From Somniosus microcephalus (taxonomy: Eukaryota): a stretch of 64,000 nucleotides of DNA. This document shows, one piece after another, positions 12,000-22,897 of the stretch. Location: assembly GCA_052327205.1 (NCBI GenBank), contig CM126215.1:111910001-111974000 (forward strand), in the 5' to 3' direction. Position 1 is the first letter of the stretch, and every line of letters starts with the position of its first letter. A program made the translations under genes and the position numbers. The notes beneath the pieces were generated by a model. That model made no database searches. It was not told the origin of the DNA and was given only the letters and a program-made list of their open reading frames with translations.

Positions 12000-13176
12000 G
12001 TCCTACGAGGAGAGATTGAGTAGATTGGGCCTATACTCTCTGGAATTTACAAGAATGAGTGATGATCTCATTGAAATATGTAAGGTTCTGAGGGGATTGA
12101 CAGGGTAGATGTTGGGAGGTTGTTTCTACCTGGTTGGAGAGTCTAGAACTAGGGGGCATATTCTCAGGATAAGGGGTCGGTCATTTAAGACTAAGATGAG
12201 GAGGAATTTCTTCACTCAGAGGGTTGTGAATCTTTGGAGTTCTCTGCCCCAGAGGGCTGTGAATGCTGAATCGTTGAGTATATTCAAGGCTGAGATAGAT
12301 AGCTTTTTGGACTCTAGGGGCTAAAAATTGAGTAGTGCCCCAACTTCGCCCCGGAAAAATTAGCATTCCCGCGCCGGAAATTGAGTGGTTGCGCCCCAAG
12401 AGGGAAGCAGGGCGCTACTGGAAGCACCCCGCATCCCTCTTGGGGTGCTGTGTGTCAATATTGCGGTGTGGCGCTGCGGCACATCGCGCCGCGGTATTGC
12501 AGGCCTTCCTCCCCTTCTTAAAGGGGAGGGGCCTTGTGCAGCGCGACCTGGGGCCCAGCTGGGCCCCCGGGGATCGGGATTGCAGGCAAAAGAGCCCGGC
12601 ACTCAAGAGATGTGCCGGGCTCTTGGAGCGCAGCCAGCACTCCGCGGGGAGGGCGTTTCAGGAAGTCTGGGACGGGAGCGCAGGCAGATGCTGGCAGGCG
12701 GCCAGCAACAAAAATGGCCGCCCCGCACCTCGCCTTTAAATTGCGCCTCCCCGGCTGCAGGTACGCCCCCCTGACCCCGTTGGACATAGCGTCCGGTGGT
12801 AAGTCAGGGGGCGCTCCCGAAGATCGTGGCCGGGGCATGAGCGGGGCGTTGCACACGCCAATTACGTCATCACCAGCGGCGCAGCGCCACAGGGCGCTAC
12901 CGGTTAGCGCCAGCACTAACCTCCCACTGAATTTTGCGGGAGGCGTGGGCAGTGCCGCGCCCGGGCACTAGTTGCTTTGCATCCCATTAGCGCCCTCTTA
13001 AGGCGCTAACGGGAGGTGCAACCAACTGAATTTTTCCCCCTAGGAGAATCAAGGGATATGGAGATCGGGCGGGCAAGTGGAGTTGAGGTCGATGATCAGC
13101 CATGATCTTATTGAATGGTGGAGCAGGCTCGAGGGGCCGTATGGCCTACTCCTGCTCCTAATTCTTATGTTCTTAT
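12000..13176 (+). mobile_element. CR1 LINE 3' fragment split by a MITE
   Basis: [33 protein letters not shown]; CR1 sequence resumes at 13041 and ends ...CCTACTCCTGCTCCTAATTCTTATGTTCTT. Confidence 0.85.
12318..13040. mobile_element. GC-rich non-autonomous PIF/Harbinger-type element (MITE)
   Basis: Imperfect TIRs GGGCTAAAAATT / AATTTTTCCCCC; 3-bp TSD TAG; cleanly interrupts a CR1 tail. Confidence 0.75.
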
Positions 13177-13244
13177 TAGATATACATGTAACATCGTGCT
13201 TTTAATTAACTTCTTGGGAAGGGGAGTGCATCCATCATAATAAA

Positions 13245-13500
13245 CAAAGAAAGAAAAAATTGCATTTATATAGCACCTTTCACGACCTCAGGACATCACA
13301 AAGCACTTCACGGCCAATGAACTACATTTGAAGTGTTGTCACTGTTGTAATGTAGGAAACGCGGCAGCCAATTTGCACACAGCAAGCTCCCACAAACAGC
13401 AATGAGGTAATGACCAGATCATTTGTTTTTTTCGTGTTGGCTTATGTCCACATGCGAGGGCAGACCGGGGCCCTCAGTTTAACATCTCATCCGAAAGACG
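13245..13500 (-). mobile_element. DeuSINE 3' part
   Basis: Reverse match to the DeuSINE tail and core. Confidence 0.7.
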
Positions 13501-14337
13501 GGAAAGAAATGGCCTCACGCGGAAGCCAGACAAAGGCTGAGGTTATTTTCCCTGAAGTGAATCGGACTCATGGGCCTGCTTTAATGCTAAGAAAATGTTG
13601 ACATGTCTTAGAAATTCTTAAAACTGGACAAAGAGGGTAGCAGTGTAATATTCTATTTATCCAATTCAGGGGCCAAGTACGTTAATACAGCTGAGGCTTG
13701 ATGGTACATCATGTATTCATCTCTTTATGTTGTGCAGGTTTGGTGACTGTCAATAAGGGGAGGAATTTGCCATCGTTTCGCTAACTCTCAGTCTTACTTT
13801 AACAACATTCTGTGATTTGCAAAGTGACAGCTGTTAAACCAGCCGTTGGGAATAAAACATTTTAGCACTTCATAAATTTCTAACAAGTTTTCAAATCACT
13901 CCAGTTTTCTTCACAGCTCCAGCAGTCGATCAAAATAAAAAAGCTAATTAAATCTATAATGAGAAACCAAGAGAGTTTACACCATTCATTATATCTGATA
14001 AATACCAATTATACTGCACATGCTCAGAAACCAGAATTGATAGGCCTGGGTGGCGCAGGGGGAAAGGCCAACGGTCAGTTTGAATCCAGCCAAGGAATGT
14101 TCCTTGTCTAAATCTGCTGACTGTATGGAGATAAGTTTGGCCATCTTAATCTCCATTCCTAGTGAGGCATTACATAGTAATAAAGCACAGAGACAGGCCA
14201 TGCGGCCCAACAGGTCTATGCCGGTGTTTATGCGCCACACCAGCCTCCTCATCCCACCCTTCTTCATCTAACCCCATCAATGAGACCCTAGCATGAAGTT
14301 TTCCATAATTCACTACAAACTGGTAATCATAAAGGTA

Positions 14338-14745
14338 CGGTTATGTTACTGGACTAGTAATCCAGCAGGCCCGGATTAATCATTTGAATGCGAGTTCCAA
14401 TCCCAACATTTGAATTCAGTTAAAAAAATTTGGCAATAAAGAGCTGGTGTCAGTAAAAGTGACCGCGAAGCTGTCGGATTATCATAAAAACCCAACTGGT
14501 TCACTAATGTCCTATAGGGAAGGAAACCTGCCATCCTTAGCCGGTCTGTCCTATATGTGAGTCCAGACCCGCATCAGTGTGGTTGACCCTTTAACTGCCA
14601 ACTGGGCAGATCCAGGGGTTCAGAAACCACCCACCACCCAGCGGTTTAAAAAGAAGGCCCACCACCACCTTCGCAGGGAAACTAGGAACGGGGAGTAAAT
14701 GCCAGCTTTGCCAGTTGATGTCCACATCCCGAGAATTCATTATAA
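14338..14745 (+). mobile_element. tRNA-derived SINE sharing the RTEX-like 3' tail
   Basis: Head GGTTATGTTACTGGACTAGTAATCCAG..GAGTTC.AATCCC; tail matches the end of 3540-3845; second copy on the minus strand at ~53625-54180. Confidence 0.6.
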
Positions 14746-17094
14746 ACAAATCAAAAGGAATTACAAGATGATGCTCTATCATTAATAAGAAATCTAAGAG
14801 CTGGGATCCAAAGGGGCCACAACCCATGGGGAGTGGAGGGTTATGTCTGGCGTAAGTGCTGGGGTGCCCCTGCCCAGGACCTCTGCTGTTGCTGCTGCTG
14901 AAGTTCGTGGGGTCAGAGGACGGTCCCTTGGTTTACATGTAAAAAGCTGGTGCCCACGCCACCAGGAGTGTTTCTAGAGCGCTCACCTGCCCCAACGTGC
15001 CAGAGCGTCCGACACAACTGGGCAGATCCAAGGGTTCAGTAAGAGCCTACATGTTCCTCCAGCAGCCTTCATTGTAAGGGAGCCACATCAGAATAATTGT
15101 AAAAAAAAAATGAAGTCCACTTGTCTTTGGGGGGGCGCAGGTCATAATACTGGTCTGAACTCCCAAGAGGTGCCCACTTCTGCTGCTGAACCTGTGCAGG
15201 GCTCCTCTGCAGGCCAGAGACAGGGAAACTCCTGGCTTTAGGAGTCCCCACCCTCCCCTCTTACACTACTGGACTTCTGAGGGGATAGACGGAGGCTCGG
15301 CCATTTACAAGGCCCGTGGAAATCCAGTATATCTGGGTCATGGCCCAGCTGAAGTTACAGTGTGCATGCACTGGATGAGTTGTGGATTTTAGGCCCCATA
15401 ATGTAGGACACCGTTAAGTTTGAAAAGGGTAGGAGAGAATATAAGATGAAGTAAAGATGATGATTAGGTACGCTTAGGTTTTGAGTGTTATAGAAATACA
15501 TAGAAGTTATAACATGGTAATAGGCCATTTGGCCCAACCAATCCCTGTTGGCCTTTACCCTTCGTGCAAGCAAATAGCTCTAATCACATTTACCAACCCT
15601 GTTTCCACATCCCTTTATCCGCTTTTCTTCATCCACCTATCCAATCTAATCTTGAATATTTCTCCATCAACTACTAACCCTAGAAGTCAATGCCACAGCC
15701 TCATTACTGTTCTGTTGTGTTTAATCTTGAATCTTTGACCCCCTTCGTTCTAGGCCGCTCAACTTCTGGAGACAGTCTGCTTCTATCTACCCTGTCCCAT
15801 CCTTTCGTAATTATAAACACTTTTGTCATATCAGTCTGTGATCTGCATTGTTCTCATGAGAAAAAAAGAATCTGTAGATTGTAGAAGGAAAGGAGAACTG
15901 AGGGAGGGAAGGAAGGAGAGCCACAATCTTGGGACCCTGGGAAGAAACGAGTTAGAGTAGAAGATGGTTTGATGGGTTTTGGTTTCAACATCCTCAGGAT
16001 GGAGAGTTAAAGCAGGACATGTTGTTATGTGCTTCCTAATCAAACAAATTCCATCTCCTACTTTGAGACTCACCTAACCCCTCCCTCCCCTTCCCTCCTC
16101 CCCCCACACCACCCACCCTCCCACCTCGTCCCCCCCCCCCACTGCCCCCGCCCCCAATTTTGGATATGCCAACTAATGCATTAGACCAGAACCCTTTAAT
16201 TTATATTACTATTTGATGCTATTTAGCCAGAGCAGCTCTTGAGATTTCACACCTCATTTACGTTGAGTCCCAGGAGATGGAGGGGGTTGATTCAGGTTCC
16301 AGAAAAGGCTTTCATGGGGAAAAGGTTGATCACGCCGCTAGGGAGACACGCTACACATTATGATTAATTGTACGGTTTCTTTATTTGGTCAATAGGCCCT
16401 CAGTTTAAACCTCAGCTGAGAAAGACGGGGCCTACGACAGCACAGGACTAGCTGTGCCCCAGACTCAATGCATCAAATCCATCGTGTCAGAGCTTAAACT
16501 ACAACTTCGCAACACAAGAGCAAGAGCACTGCTTAATGACCCGAATATAAATGAGAGAAACTTCTTTACCCAGAGAGTGGTTAGAATGTGGAACTCGCTA
16601 TCACACGGAGTAGTTGAGGCGACGGAGTGTTATCAGACAAAATGTGACACTGAGCCACAGAAGGCGATATTAGGACAGGTGGCCAAAAGCTCGGTCAAAG
16701 AGGTGGGTTTTAAGGAGCGGCTTAAAGGAGGAGAGAGGGGTGGAGAGGCGGAGGGGTTTAGGGAGGGAATTCCAGAGCTTAGGGCCCAGGCAGCTGAAGG
16801 GACGGCCACCAATGGGGCACAAGAGGCCAGATTATTCACTTAATGGAAAGATCCTGAAGAATAACAGACTCAATTATTTTATATATACTAGTGGATCTCC
16901 CACGATGTTGCTCATATTAACTCAATTGATAAATGGGGTAAATTTTCATCTCCACTGGATGGGCGCTAACTGACGAAGTGCATCGTCCTCCCTTTATAAA
17001 ACCCATCTGATTTGATAAGGTCAATTAAGAGCTCGCAGACTAACTGGCTCTGGTGCTTTTTTTTTTCCCCTGGAGCACTCCTTTACCAGGGGTC

Positions 17095-17374
17095 ATGGGG
17101 TTATGAGGAGAGACTGCATAAACTAAGCTTGTATTCCCTGGAATATAGAATGTTAAGGGGTGATTTGATTGAGGTTTTTAGGGTTATAAAGGAATTGATA
17201 GGGCAGACAGAGAAACTTTGTCTGCTGGTGGGGGAGTTTAGGACGAGGGGGCATAACCTTAAAATCAGAGCCAGGCCATTCAGGAGTGAAGTTAGGAAAC
17301 GCTTCTTCACACAAAGGGTGGTAGAAGTGTGGAAATCTCTCCCCCAAAAAGCAGTGGATGCCAGCTCAATTAAT
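17095..17374 (+). mobile_element. CR1 LINE 3' fragment (continues at 18506-18606 and 22898-22950)
   Basis: YEERLHKLSLYSLEYRMLRGDLIEVF...RFFTQRVVEVWKSLPQKAV; the 3' UTR resumes after the MITE and after the Gypsy insertion. Confidence 0.8.
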
Positions 17375-18505
17375 GGTCCAAATATTGCTGTGGCAGGCCA
17401 ACGAACGCGCCCACTGTTAGTTGGACTTGCCCTTGCCCGTTTAATGTCGACAATATTTTGTGCGGCAAGTTGCTGGAAGTGGGAGATGGAAACGGCACAG
17501 CGCCCTCTATGGGGCAATGGGCTCCAAACTAACTCTGTATCTCCTTAACCAATCAGATTGAAGGATTGTGAAATTTACAGTGCCAGGTCTGAACAAGGAA
17601 ATACAATAGCAAAATACTGCGGATGCTGGAAATCTGAAATAACAACAGAAAAAGTTGGAAAAACTCAGTTGGCCCGGGCAGCATCCATGGAGAGAGAAAC
17701 AGAGTTAATGTTTCAGGTCGAAACCCTTCGTCAGAACTGAGAAAAAAAAGCAGGAAATGAAATAGGTTGTTTCATTTCCTGCCTTTTTATCTCAGTTCTG
17801 ACGAAGGGTTTCGACCCAAAACATTGACTCTGTTTCTCTCTCCACGGATGTTGCCTGGCCTGCTGAGTTTTTTCAGCTTTTTCTGTTGTTATTTCTGAAC
17901 AAGGAAATGTAAGTTTGAGTGGGTGAACTCAATGTACAGGAAGGCAAATAAAGAGAGGGAAAGAAGATTGGATTAAGAGAGAGAAAAAAAAGAGACAGAA
18001 AGAAAAATGAAAAAAAATTTGATTAAAATTTTTTTTTTAAATCTCCAACAACAATTTTAACCTGAAGGAATGAAACTCCACACTTGTAATAGTTAATTTA
18101 TTATTTACTAGAGAGGTTGACTGGCATTAATTAACACTTATTACACCGATAAAAGGGTACTTAGGCTTGAAATGACTTGACTTAACCTTCTTTGGTGAGT
18201 TTAGTTCGTAGGATCATAGAATGGTTACAACACAGCAGAAGGCCATTCAGCCTGTCGAGCCCATGCCGGCTCTCTGCAAGAGCAAGTCAGCTAGTCCCAC
18301 TCCCCCGCCCTTTCACCTACTACTGTGCAAGTACAGGCACTTTACACCGCTCAATGGATTTCAACGGGGAGCCAGACAGCGAGATGCCATTTACGTGAAG
18401 CTAATGGCAGAGCGGTACATCTCCGGCAACACCTTTCGGATTTCCGCCTTTAATTGCGCATCTGCCCTCACCTGAAGTTGCTGTGGCATTTGCACATAAA
18501 TAACG
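17375..18505 (+). mobile_element. Non-autonomous TIR element (Harbinger-like), right end lost; family also at 34881-35460 and 49356-49978
   Basis: Left end GGTCCAAATATTGCTGT resembles AGGCCAGAATTTGCTGT (34881); shared purine-rich core AAAGAGAGGGAAAGAA.GATTGGATTAAGAGAGAGA; right TIR GCAAATTCTGGCAC at 49965-49978. Confidence 0.6.
17603..17893. mobile_element. Palindromic Penelope-like insertion with a hammerhead core on each strand
   Basis: Long inverted repeat centred near 17765; 15-bp TSD TCTGAACAAGGAAAT (17588-17602, 17894-17908). Confidence 0.75.
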
Positions 18506-18606
18506 GAGATCGATAGGTTTTTGCTAGTCATGGGTATTAAGGGATATGGAGCCAAAGCGGGTAAATGAAGTCGAGATACAGATCAGCCATGATCTCATTG
18601 AATGGC

Positions 18607-18829
18607 TGAAATAAAGAGTTGCCTTTCTAAATCTAGGCTTTATTAACCTTAAAAACCCAGCAGCACATCTTCAACACACAGTCCCAACCAAGGCTGTAGA
18701 GAACTGAATTTAAGATGGCCACCACAAATCACATGACATCAACTACCAATGAGTTTACAGCATATATCTCAAGGCAGGAAACAGGCAACCAACTACAACG
18801 CTTCTTACAAAACAAGAATAATCACCACA
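18607..18829 (-). repeat. 3' LTR of Gypsy element 1 (223 bp)
   Basis: Direct repeat of 22670-22897; by eye 3 substitutions and one 5-nt indel. Confidence 0.95.
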
Positions 18830-18954
18830 TTCACCCCTCCTTTTAAAACATACTCCAACCTAGGTAGCCTTTACAATTTACAATTAATTATTTATAACTA
18901 AAATAATACAAATATAATATTTCAACAATTTTAAAACATTACTATCAAATTATT

Positions 18955-21900
18955 TTAAAAGTCCATTTTCAATCGGTCGACCGGATATCTTGTTCATGTC
19001 GACCTTCTTAACCTTGGTGAAATTGCTTGCCCTCCCACACCAGGAGACACGGAAGTATCTTCTGCAGGAAGGCTATCCATATCCCGATTATCAACGGTTT
19101 CCGGATTGGAAATCCCATCAGAAGGTAAACTGGGATGGTCATGAACATCCATCGAGGGCTGACTAATAGAATTATAATTATCTGCAATAGGATTGGAAGT
19201 ATTCATAGTATCTGTGACGACATCCACATTATCTGAATCATGACTATTGTTAATATCCTCAGAAGAGGGCTGGCCACCACAAGGAGCCAAGTCTTTAATT
19301 GAAACAGTACTTTCTTTCCCATCTTGGAATCGAATATGAGCATATTGGGAATTTGCCTCCAACAGCTCCCCCCTCCTCCACTAAAGGATCATATTTTGAC
19401 AATCTAACATGGCGTCGAAGCAGCACAGGTCCCTGCATAGTAAGCCATGAAGGTACCGAATATCCCATAGTAGATCTCCGCGGATAGTTAAAGAGCCTTT
19501 CATGGGGGGTCACATTAGTAGCCGTTGAAAGCAATGATCTAATGGAATGCAGGGCATCAGGCAATACCATTTCCCACTGTGTATTCTTAAGGTTCCGGGA
19601 TGTCAAAGCCATCATAACTGCCTTCCAGATCACCCCATTATATCGTTCACACTGTCCATTACCCTGGGGATTATACGGGGTAGTTCTACTAGTAGAGATT
19701 CCCCAACTCTGGAGGTATTCCTTCAACTGGGAAGACATAAAAGAACTTCCCTGATCCGAATGGATATACGCAGGCATCCCAAAGATGACAAAAAGTTGAG
19801 TCAGACATTTGATAACTGTAGCAGCTGATACATCTGCGCAAGGAAAAGCAAAAGGGAACCTTGAAAACTCATCCACAACAGTAAATATATATCGATTCTG
19901 AGTCGTTGAAGGAAGAGGCCCCTTAAAATCAACGCTCAAACGTTCAAAAGGAGAAGTAGCCTTTATAAGATGAGCTCGTTGCGGCTTAAAGAAATTCGGT
20001 TTACACCGAGCACAGATAGAACATCATGAAGTCATCCGCTTGACGTCCTCAACTGAAAAGGGCAAATTCTTACTGCGTACGAAGTGTATCATCCTCGTAA
20101 CACCAGGATGGCACAAAGCATTATGAAGATTAATAAGCGTATCTCCGTGAATCACAGAACAATAAGCCCTCGACAGCACATCAGCAGCAACATTATCCTT
20201 CCCCGGACGGTAAACTATATCAAAATGGTAGCATGCCAACTCAATCCTCCACCTCATTATTTTATCATTCTTGATCTTTCCAAAATGTTTGACATCAAAC
20301 ATAAAGGACACAGATTTTTGGTCAGTTACCAACGTAAAATGTCGCCCCGATAAATAATGTCTCCATTTACGCAGTGCTTCTACTATTGCATACGCCTCTT
20401 TCTCTATTGAGGAGTGTCTTTTCTCACTATTGTTCAAAGTACGTGAGAAAAAGGCCACAGGTCTTCCATTTTGGTTCAGAGTAGCCCCAATTGCAAAATC
20501 GGAAGCGTCCATCTCAATCACAAAGGGAACCTGCTCATCAATAGAATGCACAACTGCTCCAAGGATATCCTTTTTGAAATTATCAAAACACGTCCTGGCC
20601 TCCCATGATAGAGGATATGTCGTAACCCGAATAAGGGGCCGGATCTTCTGCGAAAAGTTTGCAATCCAATTAGAATAATAAGAAAACAGTCCAACAACTC
20701 GTTGCAAAGCCTTAGAATTAGTAGGACAAGGTAAATCAATCAATGGTCGCAGGCGTTCTGGATCTGGTTTAATCTTGTTTCCCGAGATAATATACCCCAG
20801 TAGATTTACCTCAGTGGTCGAAAAGATACACTTCTCTTTATTGAAAGTTAAACCAACTTTTTCCGTAGCTTGAAGGAATCTTTCTAAATTAGAATCATGC
20901 TCCACCCTTGATTTGCCACACACCGTAATGTCATCTAAATATGAAAAGGTGTCAGAGAGAGAGTTATCACTTATAAAAGCATCCATTGCCCGTTGAAAAC
21001 AGGCAACACCATTAGTAACACCAAATGGTACTCGGCAAAACTGATACAGCTTTCCGCCAGCCTCAAAGGCCGTATATGGTTGATCCCTCTTAACGATAGG
21101 AATCTGATAAGCACTCTTTAGGTCAATAGTGCTAAAAACCTTATACTGAGATACTTTGTTGATAAGCTCATCAATCTTAGGCAAAGGGTACGCATCTAAT
21201 TGAGTATACCTATTAATAGTTTGAGAGTAGTCTATCACCATTCATTTCTTATGTCTCTCGTTAGTGGTGACAACTACTTGTGCCCGCCAGGGCGAACAAC
21301 TAGGTTCAATGATTCCTTCCAATAAAAGACGTTGAACTTCAGAATTAATAAATTCTTTATCCTGACTGCTATACCTTCTTGACTTGGTAGCAATTGGCTT
21401 ACAATCCAGCATCAAATTAGAAAAAAGTGATAATGGAGAAATGGATAAAGAAGTTAATCCACAAATAGATAAAGGTGGCTTAGTTCCTCCAAAAGAAAGA
21501 CTGAGAGACTCGTGTAATTGAAGCACATCATGACCAATCAAAATATCCGCACAGAGATTAGGCAAAACAGATAGGCGTATATCAGTATATGTATTACCTA
21601 GAAGAATTAATTTCACAAGGCAACAACCAGCTACTTGTGAGGTGAGAGTCGTCTGAGCCATACACACCTGATAAGTAACAGGCGAAATTTTCAAACGCTT
21701 CTCCTTCACAAACTGAAGACTTATAAAACTCTCGGTGCTGCCCGTATCTATAAGGGCCTTCACTTCTAACCCATTAACTTGGGCCGTAACTATAGCTTTG
21801 TTTAGGCCATGAGCAAAGGCAGCAGAAACTGATGCAATAAATGCCCTATCTAAAGGCTGAATAGTTGCAGAGGAGGCAATTGATTTACAAACACGTGCAT

Positions 21901-22648
21901 AATGACCTGTCTTGCCGCATTTACTACACACAGCCTCCCGAGCAGGACACTTCAGACGAGGGTGCCGGGTATTCCCACAAAAATAACACTTCTGAATCCT
22001 AGAGGCAACAGCAGCTGAAGTAGAAACTGTTTCAGTATCTGGTAAACCACTCCTATTAAGTCCACATAATTCCTTTTCATCCGGAACTGCCGAAACCACA
22101 GTCGCAGGCCGATTAAAAAGAGCGTAAGAATCCGAACTTCTCTGAGCCAAATCCAATGTAGAGGCTTGCTCAAAAGCACTCTTGAGATCCAAAGTCTTAT
22201 TTTCTAATAACCGCTGACGAATTGATCTAGACAGTAATCCATTAATAAAAGCATCCCGTACCGATTCTTCCTTATATTCTTCTGCCGACATGGCCTTATA
22301 ATTACAGTTAGCACCAAGGCGCCGAAGTGCTTGTAAATAAGCATCCAAAGATTCGCCCACCTGCTGCCTACGGGCAGATAGAAGGTGATGTGCAAATACC
22401 TCATTCTTTGGTTTAACAAAAATCTTTTCCAATGTAGCAATAGCCAATTCGTAAGTTTCACAGTCCAAGATATACTTATACACATCCGGAGCAATGTAGT
22501 TGATCAGTATATTCAACTTATTTAGAGACTCTTGATCCAACACACCCAAAAAGTTTTTAAATGTACGATACCAGTGTTTCCATTTATCATCCACTCCTGC
22601 AGAATTAGGGTCAGCATTAAATTGTTCCGGTTGAAGATATCGCTCCAT
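18955..22648 (-). pseudogene. Single-ORF gag-pol of Gypsy element 1 (disrupted)
   Basis: Two CCHC knuckles (CYFCGNTRHPRLKC, CSKCGKTGHYARVC), protease LIDTGS, RT SYLDD, RNase H DASDFAIGA, integrase SVDF/HSDQG/GQCER. In-frame TGA at 21242, 20024 and 18994; G-run frameshift near 19370. Confidence 0.93.
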
Positions 22649-22669
22649 TCTAACAAAAGGTTAATAAAT

Positions 22670-22897
22670 TGAAATAAAGAGTAGATTTGCCTTTCTAAAT
22701 CTAGGCTTTATTAACCTTAAAAACCCAGCAGCACATCTTCAACACCCAGTCCCAACCAAGGCTGTAGAGAACTGAATTTAAGATGGCCACCACAAATCAC
22801 ATGACATCAACTACCAATGAGTTTACAGCATATATCTCAAGGCAGGAAACAGGCAACCAATTACAACGCTTCTTACGAAACAAGAATAATCACCACA
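22670..22897 (-). repeat. 5' LTR of Gypsy element 1 (228 bp)
   Basis: TGTGGTG...TTTCA on the minus strand; gag ATG (22648) lies 22 nt downstream. Confidence 0.95.

Larger units (their letters stand above)
18607..22897 (-). mobile_element. Full-length Ty3/Gypsy LTR retrotransposon 1 (4.3 kb)
   Basis: Two LTRs with TG...CA termini, 5-bp TSD ATGGC (18602-18606, 22898-22902), PPT AAAAGGAGGGGTGAA next to the 3' LTR, gag-PR-RT-RH-IN order; inserted in a CR1 3' UTR. Confidence 0.97.

Noticed and set aside
12335-12971. Overlapping 100-145 aa GC-rich ORFs / CpG-island gene start
   Set aside because: They lie wholly within a TSD-flanked MITE that splits a CR1; high GC explains the open frames.
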